A stretch of 64,000 nucleotides of DNA from an uncultured Planctomycetota bacterium. Its GTDB lineage: Bacteria > Planctomycetota > Planctomycetia > Isosphaerales > Isosphaeraceae. The position numbers were made by a program, and so were the translations under genes. How positions within the stretch are numbered: the stretch's first letter is position 1; every line of letters begins with the position of its first letter. The notes under the pieces are model-generated. The model saw only the letters and a list, made by a program, of their open reading frames with translations. It ran no database searches and had not been told where the DNA came from. The DNA is taken from NCBI GenBank assembly GCA_963823665.1, contig CAWGMQ010000002.1, forward strand, positions 221,753-285,752, read 5' to 3'. This document shows positions 39,471 to 49,785 of this stretch, one piece after another.

Positions 39471-41568
39471 TCAAGACGTTGTAGAGGATACAGGAGGATG
39501 GGGGCCCAGAAGCGCGACGGGGGCAAGTTCAATCGTGCCCAGTGTGAAGCGAGATACCTCATCTTTCAGGCCACCAACGGCTTCTCGCAGGCTTTCGGTC
39601 GCCTTGTTGAATTCACGAAGCGCAGTTGACGTTTGATTGGCGGCCTCGCTCAGCCGGGTCATCGCTTCCCGGATCTGCTCAGCCCCCTGCGACTGGACGC
39701 GCATCCCTTCGGTGACCTGGTCGAACTGCCGATGCAAGCCCTGAGCACCGGCGATGATCTGACCCAGTTGGCCCCCAATCTGGCCGACCTCGCCGACGAC
39801 CTTGCGAACCTGTTCGCTGAACTTATCCATCTCCATGACGCCGGCCGAGACGCTGTACTGCATTTCCTTCACCATTCTCTCGATGTCGAGCGTGGCCACG
39901 GCCGTCATGTCGGCGAGCCGGCGGATTTCGCGGGCTACAACTAGGAAGCCAAGGCCGTACTCGCCGGCTTTCTCGGCTTCGATCGCCGCGTTGATGGACA
40001 GCAGGTTGGTCTGGTCGGCCACCTTGGTGATTGTGGTCACGACCATGTTGATGTTGGCAGCGCGCTCGCTGATGACGGAAAGCTTGGAGCTGATCGAGCC
40101 GGTCGACTCCGCAAGCTGCCTCATGGTCAGGTCCATACTGGCCAGGCTCTGCTGGCCCGTTGAAGCCATGCGGGCGGTCTGGTTGGCGACCTGATTAACG
40201 TCGTTCATCGTCTTGAGCAGCTCATGGCTGGTCGCCGAGATCTCGTTGACGGCAGCCGCGGCCTGGTTGGTCGAAGCGCTGTAGTCATAGACAGCCTGTT
40301 CCTGCTGCCGGGAAGTCGCAGCAATCTCGGTCGCCGTCGAAAGCAGAGTGATGCTCGAGCGCTGGATCTTACCAATCAACGAGCGAAGGTCATGGATCAT
40401 CTTGCGGATGGCCTGGAGCAACGTTCCGACCTCGCCGGGGGCTTTGGCCTCGCACGAGACACTCAAGTCACCAGAGGCAACGCGCTCCGAGATAAAAGCA
40501 GCATCACGAATCGGCCTGGTGATCGTGCGCGCTAGCCAGATCGCACCGGCTGTCACGACGAGGAACGTCGTGCCGAGCAGTACTCCCACAACGAATATTT
40601 GCCGGTAGATCAAGTTGAACGCTTCTCTTTCATCCTGCTTGACCACCATTCCCCAGCGGTATGACGGAAGATAGGACCACGCCGCAACGACCAAGTTGCC
40701 GTGGTAGTCAATCGCTGGGCCATATCCGCGTTGCCCCTGGACAGCCTCTTGCATCGCCGTCCCGTGGGTATCGCCTATCTTACCCCGTTGCTTGAGTGCT
40801 GTCTCTGCACTGTACCGCGGCGGCGCGACATAGACGAACGCGTCCTTGCCGCGGCGCATGGCCACCATGGCCTCGCCGGTCTCGCCCAACCCACTATAGT
40901 CCTTGATGACACGAAAGACCTGATCATTACTGAGTTCGAGGGCCATGAACCCGACGACCCTCCCTTCGGCATGGAACAGGGGACACGCAATGAATGCTGC
41001 CGGCTCGCTTCGCCCGGGGTACATCTCGTAGTCCGAGACCTCTGTTTGCAAGAGCGTGCGCACCCGATCAAAAACTTCGGCCAGCTCACTATTCTTGAGC
41101 GGACCGGAGAGGAGATTCGATCCCAGCTCCAGGTCTGGCTTGAGCTGGAAGAGCAGCAATCCCTCGGCATCGAAGATAAAGGCATTCGAGTAGCCAAACG
41201 AGTCGGCAAAATTTGCGACATATGGACGGAACTTCCGGGTCAACTCGGTGTAGACGGGTGAATCGACAGGTTCCTTCCGTCGCACCTCGGCCATCTTGGG
41301 CACGGAATCGGCAATATGGGTGTACCGGCTTACCATATTCAGGTCGGCCCGACGCTCGCGAATAAAGGTTCTCGAGCTGTGTCGCCTTGGCATCGGCGAT
41401 TGCAAGAAGCCCTTGCCGTACTGTCCTCCTCAGCGATCGGTTGGCGCTGTATGAGATGATGCCGGTGAGCACGGCGCAGGGGATCAGCGAGATGATCAAG
41501 AACCAGACCAGCAACTGGGTGGTGATGGTAACGCGTGCCAGTGCTGCCACAGCTTGTCGCAAAGTCAT
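39471..41568 (-). CDS. Methyl-accepting chemotaxis protein (TM1, Cache-like sensor, TM2, HAMP, MA); 1-nt frameshift near 41370
   Basis: TM1 is in ORF 41089-41568. The periplasmic region has PAAFIA.P, LGETGE and DYHG..V.AAW..WGMVVKQD. Signalling domain ADQTNLLSINAAIEAEKAGEYGLGFLVVAREIRRLA. Confidence 0.92.
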
Positions 41569-41613
41569 GTCTGGTTACACCTGAACGATGTGGAAATCGA
41601 TTCGCATAGCCTT

Positions 41614-42987
41614 TCAGCGCACCGTCTCGGTATGGGGATCATTCACCGTGGAACGCGTCTCCTCGATATGGGAATGCGATGAGGGATCGTTGCGGCCACC
41701 TCCCGGCGCCCCGGGCCCAGTTCCTGGATTCGCCCACCCACCCCAGCTTCGGTGCAGATTCTCGAGAAACGAATCCCACTCTGCGTGGGTTCGCGATCTC
41801 GGATACGGGATCGGACGAATCGGTTTCTCCGAACTCCAGACAATATCAAACTGGCCGTCAGTTCGAATTCGTCCGATGTACACGGGGCGCCACGTGTGCT
41901 GAGTTTCCTCGTCTACCGTCACGACTCCCTCGGGTGCGTTCAAGCTCTGGCGCCGCATTGCTCGGATCACGTCGCCGACCTCTTCGGATCCGGCTTCGGA
42001 GACGGCCTGCGCCCAGAGCCAGACACTGTTGTATGCGGCCTCGATCACGTCACTGGTGACGCGGTCGGTGCCGTCGGCCGAGTCGGCGGGATACCTTTTC
42101 CGGAACCGCTCCACGAACTTCTGGTTTTCGGTCCGTTCGATCGACTGGAAGTAGTCCCATGCTGCGTAGTCGCCCACCATGGCTGAAAGCGGAAGCTTGC
42201 GCAGCTCGTCTTCGGCGATGCTGAACGACACAACCGGAGTTCGCTCAGGAAGAATCCCGGCTGTTTGCAGCTTCTGATAGAAAGGACCGTTGCTATCGCC
42301 CACAACCGTGCTGATGATCACGTCCGGATTCGCCTTCTGGATTGCTTCCACGGAAGGGGCCGCGTTTGCACTTCCGAAGAGAATGTAGGATTCACCGACG
42401 CACTCGGCTCCCAGAGCCTTGAGCTGATCCTTGGCGATTTCGTTTACGCAATGGGGCCATACGTAATCCGAGCCGACCAGAAAGAATTTCCGCGCCTTCA
42501 GGCGCTCGTAACACCAGCTCAAGGCGGGGATGACTTGCTGGTTGGGCGCCGCACCCGTGTAGATGATGTTAGGCGACTGCTCCAGACCCTCGTACGCCAT
42601 CGGATAAACCAGCAGGTGGTTCTTGTGCTCGACAACGGGCTTGACGCTTTTACGACTGGCGGAGGTCCAGCACCCGAAGATGACGCACACCTTCTTCTCG
42701 TCGATTAACCGCCGGGCCTCCTGGGCAAACGTCGGCCAGTCAGATCGCCCGTCGGCAACAACGCACTCGATCTGCCGGCTCAGGAAGCCGCGCTCGTTGA
42801 TCTCCTCGATGGCCAGCTTCTCGGCATCGATCATCGACTTCTCGCTGATCGCCATCGGACCGGTTTCCGAGTGAAGAATACCAACCCGGATCGGCGGCAG
42901 CACGTGATTCGATAACCAGACAGTCGCGCCGACCGCCGCACCACTCAGGATCAGCACGATGACGAGTACGATCTGCCAGCGCCTCAT
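41614..42987 (-). CDS. UrtA/AmiC/FmdD-type urea/amide-binding periplasmic protein with N-terminal anchor
   Basis: VGILHS.TG.MAISE, FGCWTSASRK, YEGLE.SPNI, GAAPNQQ and VGSDYVWP motifs; AAAGGTGGAG RBS. Confidence 0.92.
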   Translation of the reverse strand: MRRWQIVLVIVLILSGAAVGATVWLSNHVLPPIRVGILHSETGPMAISEKSMIDAEKLAIEEINERGFLSRQIECVVADGRSDWPTFAQEARRLIDEKKVCVIFGCWTSASRKSVKPVVEHKNHLLVYPMAYEGLEQSPNIIYTGAAPNQQVIPALSWCYERLKARKFFLVGSDYVWPHCVNEIAKDQLKALGAECVGESYILFGSANAAPSVEAIQKANPDVIISTVVGDSNGPFYQKLQTAGILPERTPVVSFSIAEDELRKLPLSAMVGDYAAWDYFQSIERTENQKFVERFRKRYPADSADGTDRVTSDVIEAAYNSVWLWAQAVSEAGSEEVGDVIRAMRRQSLNAPEGVVTVDEETQHTWRPVYIGRIRTDGQFDIVWSSEKPIRPIPYPRSRTHAEWDSFLENLHRSWGGWANPGTGPGAPGGGRNDPSSHSHIEETRSTVNDPHTETVR

Positions 42988-43119
42988 GACTCCACCTTTC
43001 AATCGCGGCTGATTCGTGGTGCAGGAGCTGGGCCTATGCCTCTCGTGAGCAGGCGGAGAACCCTCTCGCGGACCGAAACATCTCTTTGTTGAATGTTAAA
43101 ATAGATACGATCCGTAAAG

Positions 43120-43125
43120 ATTATA
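43120..43125 (-). promoter_or_regulatory. Possible -10 element of the chemosensory operon
   Basis: Perfect TATAAT on the minus strand followed by an AT-rich tract; no recognisable -35. Confidence 0.35.
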
Positions 43126-43281
43126 GCCGACGGGGACTCGGCGCACGGAAACAGACCCGTCAGCGAACCGCCATTTATTCGGCAGAACCGTTGTTTCTCA
43201 ACCTGCCAACGGGTCCAGCCGAACGGAGACCGGCCATGGTCTCCCCGTTTTGCTTACCTGGCCGTTATATGAGCGTCTGCT

Positions 43282-45051
43282 TTATCGAGCTTTATCGTCT
43301 GTGGCCTCGCGCGGCTCGAGCAAACCGGAGAGCCAGTGCATGATGTTTAGTGCGAACTGGCGATTATCCAGGCCTGGCACATTCATTCCGAGTTTCTCAC
43401 CCGCGAATACCTGGGCTGAGAGATGAACCGCCTCCGCGAGCACGACAACGCGACCCTTCCCGATGCGGAAGGCTACTACTTGCGCACGCCCGGCGGCTGG
43501 AACCAATTTGCCGTTCTCGCTGGATACGTCAACGGCCGTATCCGGCAGCTTGAGAATTTGTATGCTTCCAGGCGGTCCGATAAGCGAGGATCCGCCGAAA
43601 GTTTGAATGCGGTTCACACGCTCGGATTCATCGCGGCTAGTGGTGATCGAGTGGTCACCAAGGAGCCGATTCTGCCGCGTGAACAACAAGCGCGTGTTGC
43701 CCCCTTCCGTTGACTGGCGGTCTGATGTTGCCCCAGGGCTGATCGTCACACCGAGGCGCTTTGTGAGGCGTTCGGCCGCAATCACCGGCGGCCCTGGGCC
43801 AGTGACCAAGAGCAACGAGCCACCGGCAGTGATCCAGTCGCGCACCGCGTCGCACTCCACTTCGCTGAATGCAGGGGCTGAGGCTCCAGCTTGGCCCATC
43901 AGTTCAGCGCCTCTCGCATTCACGATGATCAAAACATCGCCTTTCTCCAGAACCTTGCGCGAGAACTGTGCGCGGTTGGAAATCATCTCGTAACCGTCGC
44001 TGGTGATGAGGTCGGCGAATGGCTTGTACAATCCGTTCGCCGTGAGAATACCTAGGTGAGCTTCATCAAACAGGACTCGCACACGCTTTGCCGCGTCGGC
44101 ATATGCCGGATGGGCCACTTTCGTGCTGAAGTTGGTATCCACTTCCGGTCTGCCTTGGTCCAAACCGAGTAAATCCGCCAGAAGCATACGATCAAGTTTC
44201 GCTGCGCCGGCCCCAGCCCTACCGATCCGGAGCTTGGAAAAGTCGAAGGGCTCGCCGACTAGACAGCGATAAGCCAAGCGCTACTCGTCGCTGAGAATCT
44301 CCTCAATCCGGCGAACGACTGCCGCAGTTGCCTCTCTGCCGGCCTTGGCGGCTTGATCTTTTTCGGCCTGGAATTGCGGGCTTTCGACCAATCTGCGGAT
44401 CGCTTCCGCGGTTGGTTGGCCATTTGCGGAGGCTAGGACAATCGGGAAGCTTGCAGCCTTCTCAATCTGCTTCGCTGATTCCTGGAAGATGGCTCGTGCT
44501 CGTCGGGTTTGCTCCTCAGTCAGTTCGAGCCGTTCGGAGAGCGGGGGTTCGACGAGCCCAACGGTGTCTTTACCCTGCGCGGCAAACGCGAGGGGCCCCT
44601 GGGCTTGTAGCTGAATTTGATCGAGTCGCTTCCGCTGTTGCGCTGTGAGTGTCGCTACGATCGCCCCGTCCTCTAGTTTGTTGAGGGCGAGGCGTGTCTC
44701 TCTCGCCTTTGCAACGTTAGGAGCCTGCCGCTGCCCTGCTTTGACGGATTCTTGGGCAAATCGCCTCTCAATGCTTGCGTGCTCTGTCTTCTGAGCGTCG
44801 GTGATCTTCAGTTCCTTCTGGATGGCGTCGTTCTTGAGGAGCACGCGTTGGTGCGCCGATCTTGGCACGGCTCCAAAATCTCGTACAACGAAAGCGGGTG
44901 ACTGCAAACAACTCGCCAGTAAGTTTGTAGACGCCATCAAGCCGAGCAGCGCCAACCCAAACCCAATTGACAGCGCTCCCCTCGCCTTGTCGTTTGTGAG
45001 CTTCGTCATAGATTTCCCCTCGCGGTCAGCGACAGCTTCCTGAGGCGACAT
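43282..45051 (-). pseudogene. Secreted protein with LTxxQ-like repeats and a C-terminal DUF4350/class I glutamine amidotransferase-like domain, interrupted by an in-frame TAG at 44281-44283
   Basis: ORFs 44281-45051 and 43282-44277 share a frame: ILSDE*RLAYRCLVGEPFDF. C-terminal RVLFDEAH, GGSLLL, GKGRVVV and DNRQFALNIMHWL. Confidence 0.7.
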
Positions 45052-45120
45052 GAGATCTTTATGGATTAACCGACTCGCTGGGGCGAGAGGTGACCTGACT
45101 CGCCCTGGAAGGCCCGGTCC

Positions 45121-46086
45121 TCACTTCTTCAGGGGCTGGAGCTCGACGCTCGTCTCGATGTTCAGATCCAGCTTGCTCGGCACTTCTTGACCTTTGGCGG
45201 AGTAGGTAACGTCTCCCTTGATCCGGATCCGTTCTGTGCCGCTGACCACGTGACCGGCCTCCCGGTCAAAGAAGATTGTTCCACCCGAAGACTCGACTTT
45301 CAGGTCGCTCTTGACGGGGCTCAAGGGCAGATTGCTGCCTGGATCAACGATGTACTTGACCTCGAGTAACTTGCTGCTGATCTTCTCGAGTGTTTCGTTT
45401 TGCCTCTTTTCTGTTCCCACGTACTCGAACCTCTTGCGGAAAGTAATCGCCAGGCCGGCACCGAGGTCGATTACTTGGGCACGCTCCCAGGGCTCGCCGG
45501 GGCGAGCCAGCACATCGGGCAGGATTTGGAATTCTTGCTCGAAAACACGCTTGAGCTTTTCGCTCTCAAACCGTTTGCTCATCTGTTCCCGCGCCTCTGG
45601 CCCGAGCTTCTCAACTTTTCCTTGCAACTCTTCGGCACCCTCGACCGCCGTCACCTTGTTGTTTTTGTCCAGCACGATGGTAAGGGCCATGTGGCCCTCC
45701 AGGTCGAACATGTCGTTCAGGAAGGAAAGGCCCGGGGTATCGATCTTGGCTTTCGGATCGCGCGTGTCAAAGACCAGCTTCTCACCGGGAAGTGCCATCT
45801 CGACGCGCAGCGATTCCACCCGCCACCCAACGGGTATCAAATCACCGCGATGCTTGCCTGTATTGAACGACGTGACTTCGGATCGCTCCTCCTCGCGCTC
45901 GATGTCCATCCCCATGAGCGTCAGCTTCTGTTGGATCTTGGAGGTTCTCTTGTACGTCAGCTTCTTTCCCTCAGGGAATTTATATTCGAGCTTGACCTGT
46001 CCAAAAACCCCATGCGGCCATACCAGTACGAAAAACACGACAGCCAGAAATGCCACTCCGCCTTTACGGCTACTGCAACCCTGCAT
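45121..46086 (-). CDS. Secreted protein, DUF6263-like
   Basis: Signal peptide; VKLEYKF..G..L.Y, LP....PGE.W and GTIFFDREAG. Confidence 0.7.
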   Translation of the reverse strand: MQGCSSRKGGVAFLAVVFFVLVWPHGVFGQVKLEYKFPEGKKLTYKRTSKIQQKLTLMGMDIEREEERSEVTSFNTGKHRGDLIPVGWRVESLRVEMALPGEKLVFDTRDPKAKIDTPGLSFLNDMFDLEGHMALTIVLDKNNKVTAVEGAEELQGKVEKLGPEAREQMSKRFESEKLKRVFEQEFQILPDVLARPGEPWERAQVIDLGAGLAITFRKRFEYVGTEKRQNETLEKISSKLLEVKYIVDPGSNLPLSPVKSDLKVESSGGTIFFDREAGHVVSGTERIRIKGDVTYSAKGQEVPSKLDLNIETSVELQPLKK

Positions 46087-46295
46087 CGCCAATCCTCTCC
46101 CCTCTGGATCGCCGGACCCTGGATCAATAGAACGGCAACGACCTCCACGGGAACGCTTCTCAAGGCTACTGCCTGACTCACCACCGAGTCTATCTCCCCT
46201 TGATAAATCGCCGATGACCCTCTATTCTCCAATGAAAGTTAAACATTTTTCCCGCCACCCGGCGATCAGCAGCGCTGGCGGGGAAAGGGGGGTCT

Positions 46296-47774
46296 ATGCG
46301 ACCCGTGCACGAACCAGCAGAGATGCAGGCCCGGCAGCCGACGATGAGCCGTCGCCAGTTGCTGCGCGTCGGCGGGTTGGGCTCATTTGGTTTGACTTTG
46401 CCCGCGCTGCTCCGTGCCGAGGCTCTCGGGGCATCTCCGAAAGAAGGGAAGAGTGTCCCGGCTGCCCTTCGCCCCATTCGCTCGTGCATCTTGGTTTTTT
46501 ATTACGGCGGACCGAGCCACATCGATACTTACGACATGAAGCCGAATGCCCCGGCCGAGATCCGTGGTCAGTTCGGCTCGATCGCAACGTCGGTGCCAGG
46601 AATCCGGGTGTGCGAACTTCTCCGTGAAACGGCACGCGTGCTGGACCGCCTTGCGATCGTGCGCAGCATGCACCATCCGATGACCAACCATAATGCGGCG
46701 GCATTCACCGCCCTCTGTGGCCGTGATCCGCTCAAGGGTGATCTCGAGCTATTGAGCAACGATCGCAATGATCCACCGTGCTATGGCGCGATCCTGAGCG
46801 CGATGATGCGCCAGCGCCCCGGGTTGCCGACCTACGTCGCATTGCCCCACGTGATGTACAACGTCGTCCAGCTTCCCGGCCAGGTTCCGGGCTTCCTCGG
46901 TTCGGCACATGGCCCTTTTCAGGTCAACGCCGATCCCAGCGCTCCTGATTTTCAGATGGGTGAGCTCGAGTTACCTGGCGATTTATCGCTCGATCGGCTC
47001 GACCATCGCGCATCGCTCCTGAGCATGCTTGACAAACAGCGTTCCCGAAGCTTGAGCCATGTCGAAGCTATGATGAAGGCGGGACCGAGCTCTCCCGCAG
47101 GTGGCAGCACGGCGCCGGGCACCAGCACGGCGAGGGACCTCGACCCGTGCGATGTTTACACCGAGAAGGCTTTGCGGCTCTTGCACTCGCCAGCCGTCCG
47201 GCGAGCGTTCGACCTGGGGTTAGAAGACCCAAAACTCCGAGACCGCTACGGTCGGCATAAGCTCGGGCAAAGTGTCCTCCTGGCCCGGCGCCTGGTCGAG
47301 GCTGGCGTGCGTTTCATCACCGTTTACGATGGTCAATATAACGGCCAAACAGCCAACTGGGATTCGCACGAAAACGTCTTCGGCCGGATGAAGAACGATC
47401 TGGCGCCTCCGGCCGACCAGTCGTTCGCGGCTTTGATCACCGATCTTACCAGTCGAGGTCTGCTCGAGGAGACCCTGGTCATCGGCATGGGTGAATTCGG
47501 CAGAACGCCCAAGATCAATGCCAATGCGGGCCGCGACCACTGGCCCAACTGCTACAGCATTGTCCTGGCCGGCGGTGGCGTAAAGTGCGGGATTACATTC
47601 GGCTCAAGTGATAAGTTAGGCGCGTATCCTGACAGCGATGGCGTCAGCCCTGGCGACCTGGCCGCAACTCTCTTCTGGCGGTTCGGCCTCAACCCCGCGC
47701 AAGATATTGTTGACCTGACCGGTCGGCCGTACACGCTGGCCATCGGGCGGCCGATCTCCACGCTCTTTGGATGA
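46296..47774 (+). CDS. DUF1501 domain protein (Tat signal)
   Basis: SRRQLL, GGPSHIDTYDMKP, ARRLVEAGV, WDSH, GEFGRTP and GRDHW. Confidence 0.93.
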   Translation: MRPVHEPAEMQARQPTMSRRQLLRVGGLGSFGLTLPALLRAEALGASPKEGKSVPAALRPIRSCILVFYYGGPSHIDTYDMKPNAPAEIRGQFGSIATSVPGIRVCELLRETARVLDRLAIVRSMHHPMTNHNAAAFTALCGRDPLKGDLELLSNDRNDPPCYGAILSAMMRQRPGLPTYVALPHVMYNVVQLPGQVPGFLGSAHGPFQVNADPSAPDFQMGELELPGDLSLDRLDHRASLLSMLDKQRSRSLSHVEAMMKAGPSSPAGGSTAPGTSTARDLDPCDVYTEKALRLLHSPAVRRAFDLGLEDPKLRDRYGRHKLGQSVLLARRLVEAGVRFITVYDGQYNGQTANWDSHENVFGRMKNDLAPPADQSFAALITDLTSRGLLEETLVIGMGEFGRTPKINANAGRDHWPNCYSIVLAGGGVKCGITFGSSDKLGAYPDSDGVSPGDLAATLFWRFGLNPAQDIVDLTGRPYTLAIGRPISTLFG

Positions 47775-48154
47775 TGCCGTCTATTTGCGCGAATGAGAGT
47801 GCCGTGCCCGCACGTATCGGTGCTTTTGTTTAGTCGAAGACATGACCTTGTGTTTTTCCCCGCGATCAAGTATTCTCGCCGCGCAATGCGAGTGGCATCA
47901 GTCACACTCCATTCATAACTCATTTCTGTTTATACCCTTGCATCGTGTCGGCTTTCATCATCCTGTCCGTCCCGGCCGAATGTGTTAAAAAGAATCGATG
48001 TTTTCTCGAATCGAGTGGTGTAATCTGCCGATCGAGAAGAATTGTGAAGGCGTCGGTCGAGAAATGACGCTATTGCGGATGATGGAGTCCGCTTGGATGG
48101 TTTGACAGCCATTACTGATCGGTCCGGCGCTGTCTCACGAGGCGGAGTCACGGC

Positions 48155-49777
48155 ATGAAGTCGATTACCTTTCTGCGCGCTCGCACGGCTCCGCTTTCCA
48201 GATACAGGGAAGGGACGCCTCGACGGCGAGCATGGTCCGTTCCGCTGGACTCGACTGTCTCTCTGGAGCCACGGCAGTTGCTCAGCACCGCTTCAACTGG
48301 GGCGCCGGCAATCCAGATGATCTCCGCGACCACGACCGATTCGAAAAGTGTCACGGTCGAGTACAACATCAGCCAGGCTGCCGACGCGGCCACTCCTCTT
48401 CAGTTCGGCATCTATCGCTCGAGTGACGGCACGTTCAATTCAAGTGACTCACTTGTCGGCACGTTCACGCCGGTTGCTCCCGGTGGATCGACGGCCGTCA
48501 CACTCGACCAGGGCGGCCAGGCGGCTACATCAGTGGGCACCCATCAGCTCACCATTCCCTTGCCTCAAGGTTTGCCCCCATTTCCTGAAAAGCCGTATGT
48601 CGTTGTTGTCGCTGATCCGGGCCTGCCATCCGCGACCACAAACCCTGCCCAAACAGCGTCGTTCCGCACGTACACCATTGGCATCGTGACCCACGGAGGT
48701 ATTCAGGATACCAGTTGGAAGCACGGTCCGCCCTGGGAGCTTCAAATGGCCCTCGACATGAAGCAGGAGGGCTATGATTCCGTCATCGCCTACAACTGGG
48801 TGGCTGTGAGCAACGACCCCGGCTCGGCGATCAAGCAGTCACCGCGGTTGGCACGCGCGATCCTTCACGCTGCCAGTAACTTCCCGGCTCAAGCTCCGGT
48901 CGATCTCGACTTCATCGGCCACAGCGAGGGCAACGTAATAAATACATACGCAATAGTAAATATGAAAAATATGATGACGCCGGGAATGAAAGCCGGTTAT
49001 ATCACGGACACGCTACTCGATCCTCATGCCGCGAACAACAATGTACCCGGCCAGCAGCTCAGCATTGCCAGTGGTGTTCTGGCTCCGCTGGCCCGGTCAA
49101 TCATCACGAATTACCAGGCAGAAGCCGACGATCCACCCGTATTTATTCCATCCGTGGTCGACCAGGCACAGGTCTTCTTCGAGCACACCGCGGCCAAGGG
49201 CAGCGAGCTGTACAACCTCTGGGGCCAGGTGCCCGTCAAGAGTAACGGGCCTGTCGTCCATTATTACAACTTGACGCCCAGCGGAGTCACTCATTCGGGC
49301 AAGACCGGGATTGAATTCTGGTACCGCAACTTCATCGTTCCCACGCTGGGAGATCAGGCACCGCTCGTGCAGACCCTCCAGCTCGACGGTCAAATTGATC
49401 AAGCCGAGGTTGTCTCGTCGGCGCCCTCCAACTCGACATCCGCGGTGAGCCAGGCCGCCGCGGCGCGTGAAGATCGCGTCTATGGACCGGCGCAGGTGGT
49501 CCAGACCAGCCAACCTGAATTTTCCGGTACGGCTGCACCGGGATCCGTTATCAAACTCTCGCTCGGTCCCGCGGCTACACCGTCGGAGCACTACCTGGCC
49601 GGCACGACACAAGCTGACGCCACAGGGCATTGGTCACTCACAACGGCTTCTCCGCTCTCGAACGGGCAGTATCGTGTCGTTGTATCTGCCTTCTCGCGGG
49701 CGCTGCGCACGCGGCCGGGGTTGACGGTGGTTCCGATGGAACCGCTGGGGCGAATGGTCGTTGATACGGCAGGGTGA
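48155..49777 (+). CDS. Planctomycete extracellular protein with alpha/beta-hydrolase-like core and C-terminal Ig-like domain
   Basis: LEPRQLLS motif; VTHG, FIGHSEG (GxSxG), LLDPH and THS; C-terminal QPEFSGTAAPGS...ADATGHWS...LSNGQY. Confidence 0.75.
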   Translation: MKSITFLRARTAPLSRYREGTPRRRAWSVPLDSTVSLEPRQLLSTASTGAPAIQMISATTTDSKSVTVEYNISQAADAATPLQFGIYRSSDGTFNSSDSLVGTFTPVAPGGSTAVTLDQGGQAATSVGTHQLTIPLPQGLPPFPEKPYVVVVADPGLPSATTNPAQTASFRTYTIGIVTHGGIQDTSWKHGPPWELQMALDMKQEGYDSVIAYNWVAVSNDPGSAIKQSPRLARAILHAASNFPAQAPVDLDFIGHSEGNVINTYAIVNMKNMMTPGMKAGYITDTLLDPHAANNNVPGQQLSIASGVLAPLARSIITNYQAEADDPPVFIPSVVDQAQVFFEHTAAKGSELYNLWGQVPVKSNGPVVHYYNLTPSGVTHSGKTGIEFWYRNFIVPTLGDQAPLVQTLQLDGQIDQAEVVSSAPSNSTSAVSQAAAAREDRVYGPAQVVQTSQPEFSGTAAPGSVIKLSLGPAATPSEHYLAGTTQADATGHWSLTTASPLSNGQYRVVVSAFSRALRTRPGLTVVPMEPLGRMVVDTAG

Positions 49778-49785
49778 CTCACGGC

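Noticed and set aside
41614..42987. A urea ABC transport operon or a guanidine riboswitch upstream
   Set aside because: No urtBCDE genes are adjacent, and no ykkC-type consensus was seen in 42990-43280.
44281..44283. Pyrrolysine or amber recoding
   Set aside because: The position corresponds to a repeat Gln, no pyl genes are present in the window, and TAG ends other genes normally.
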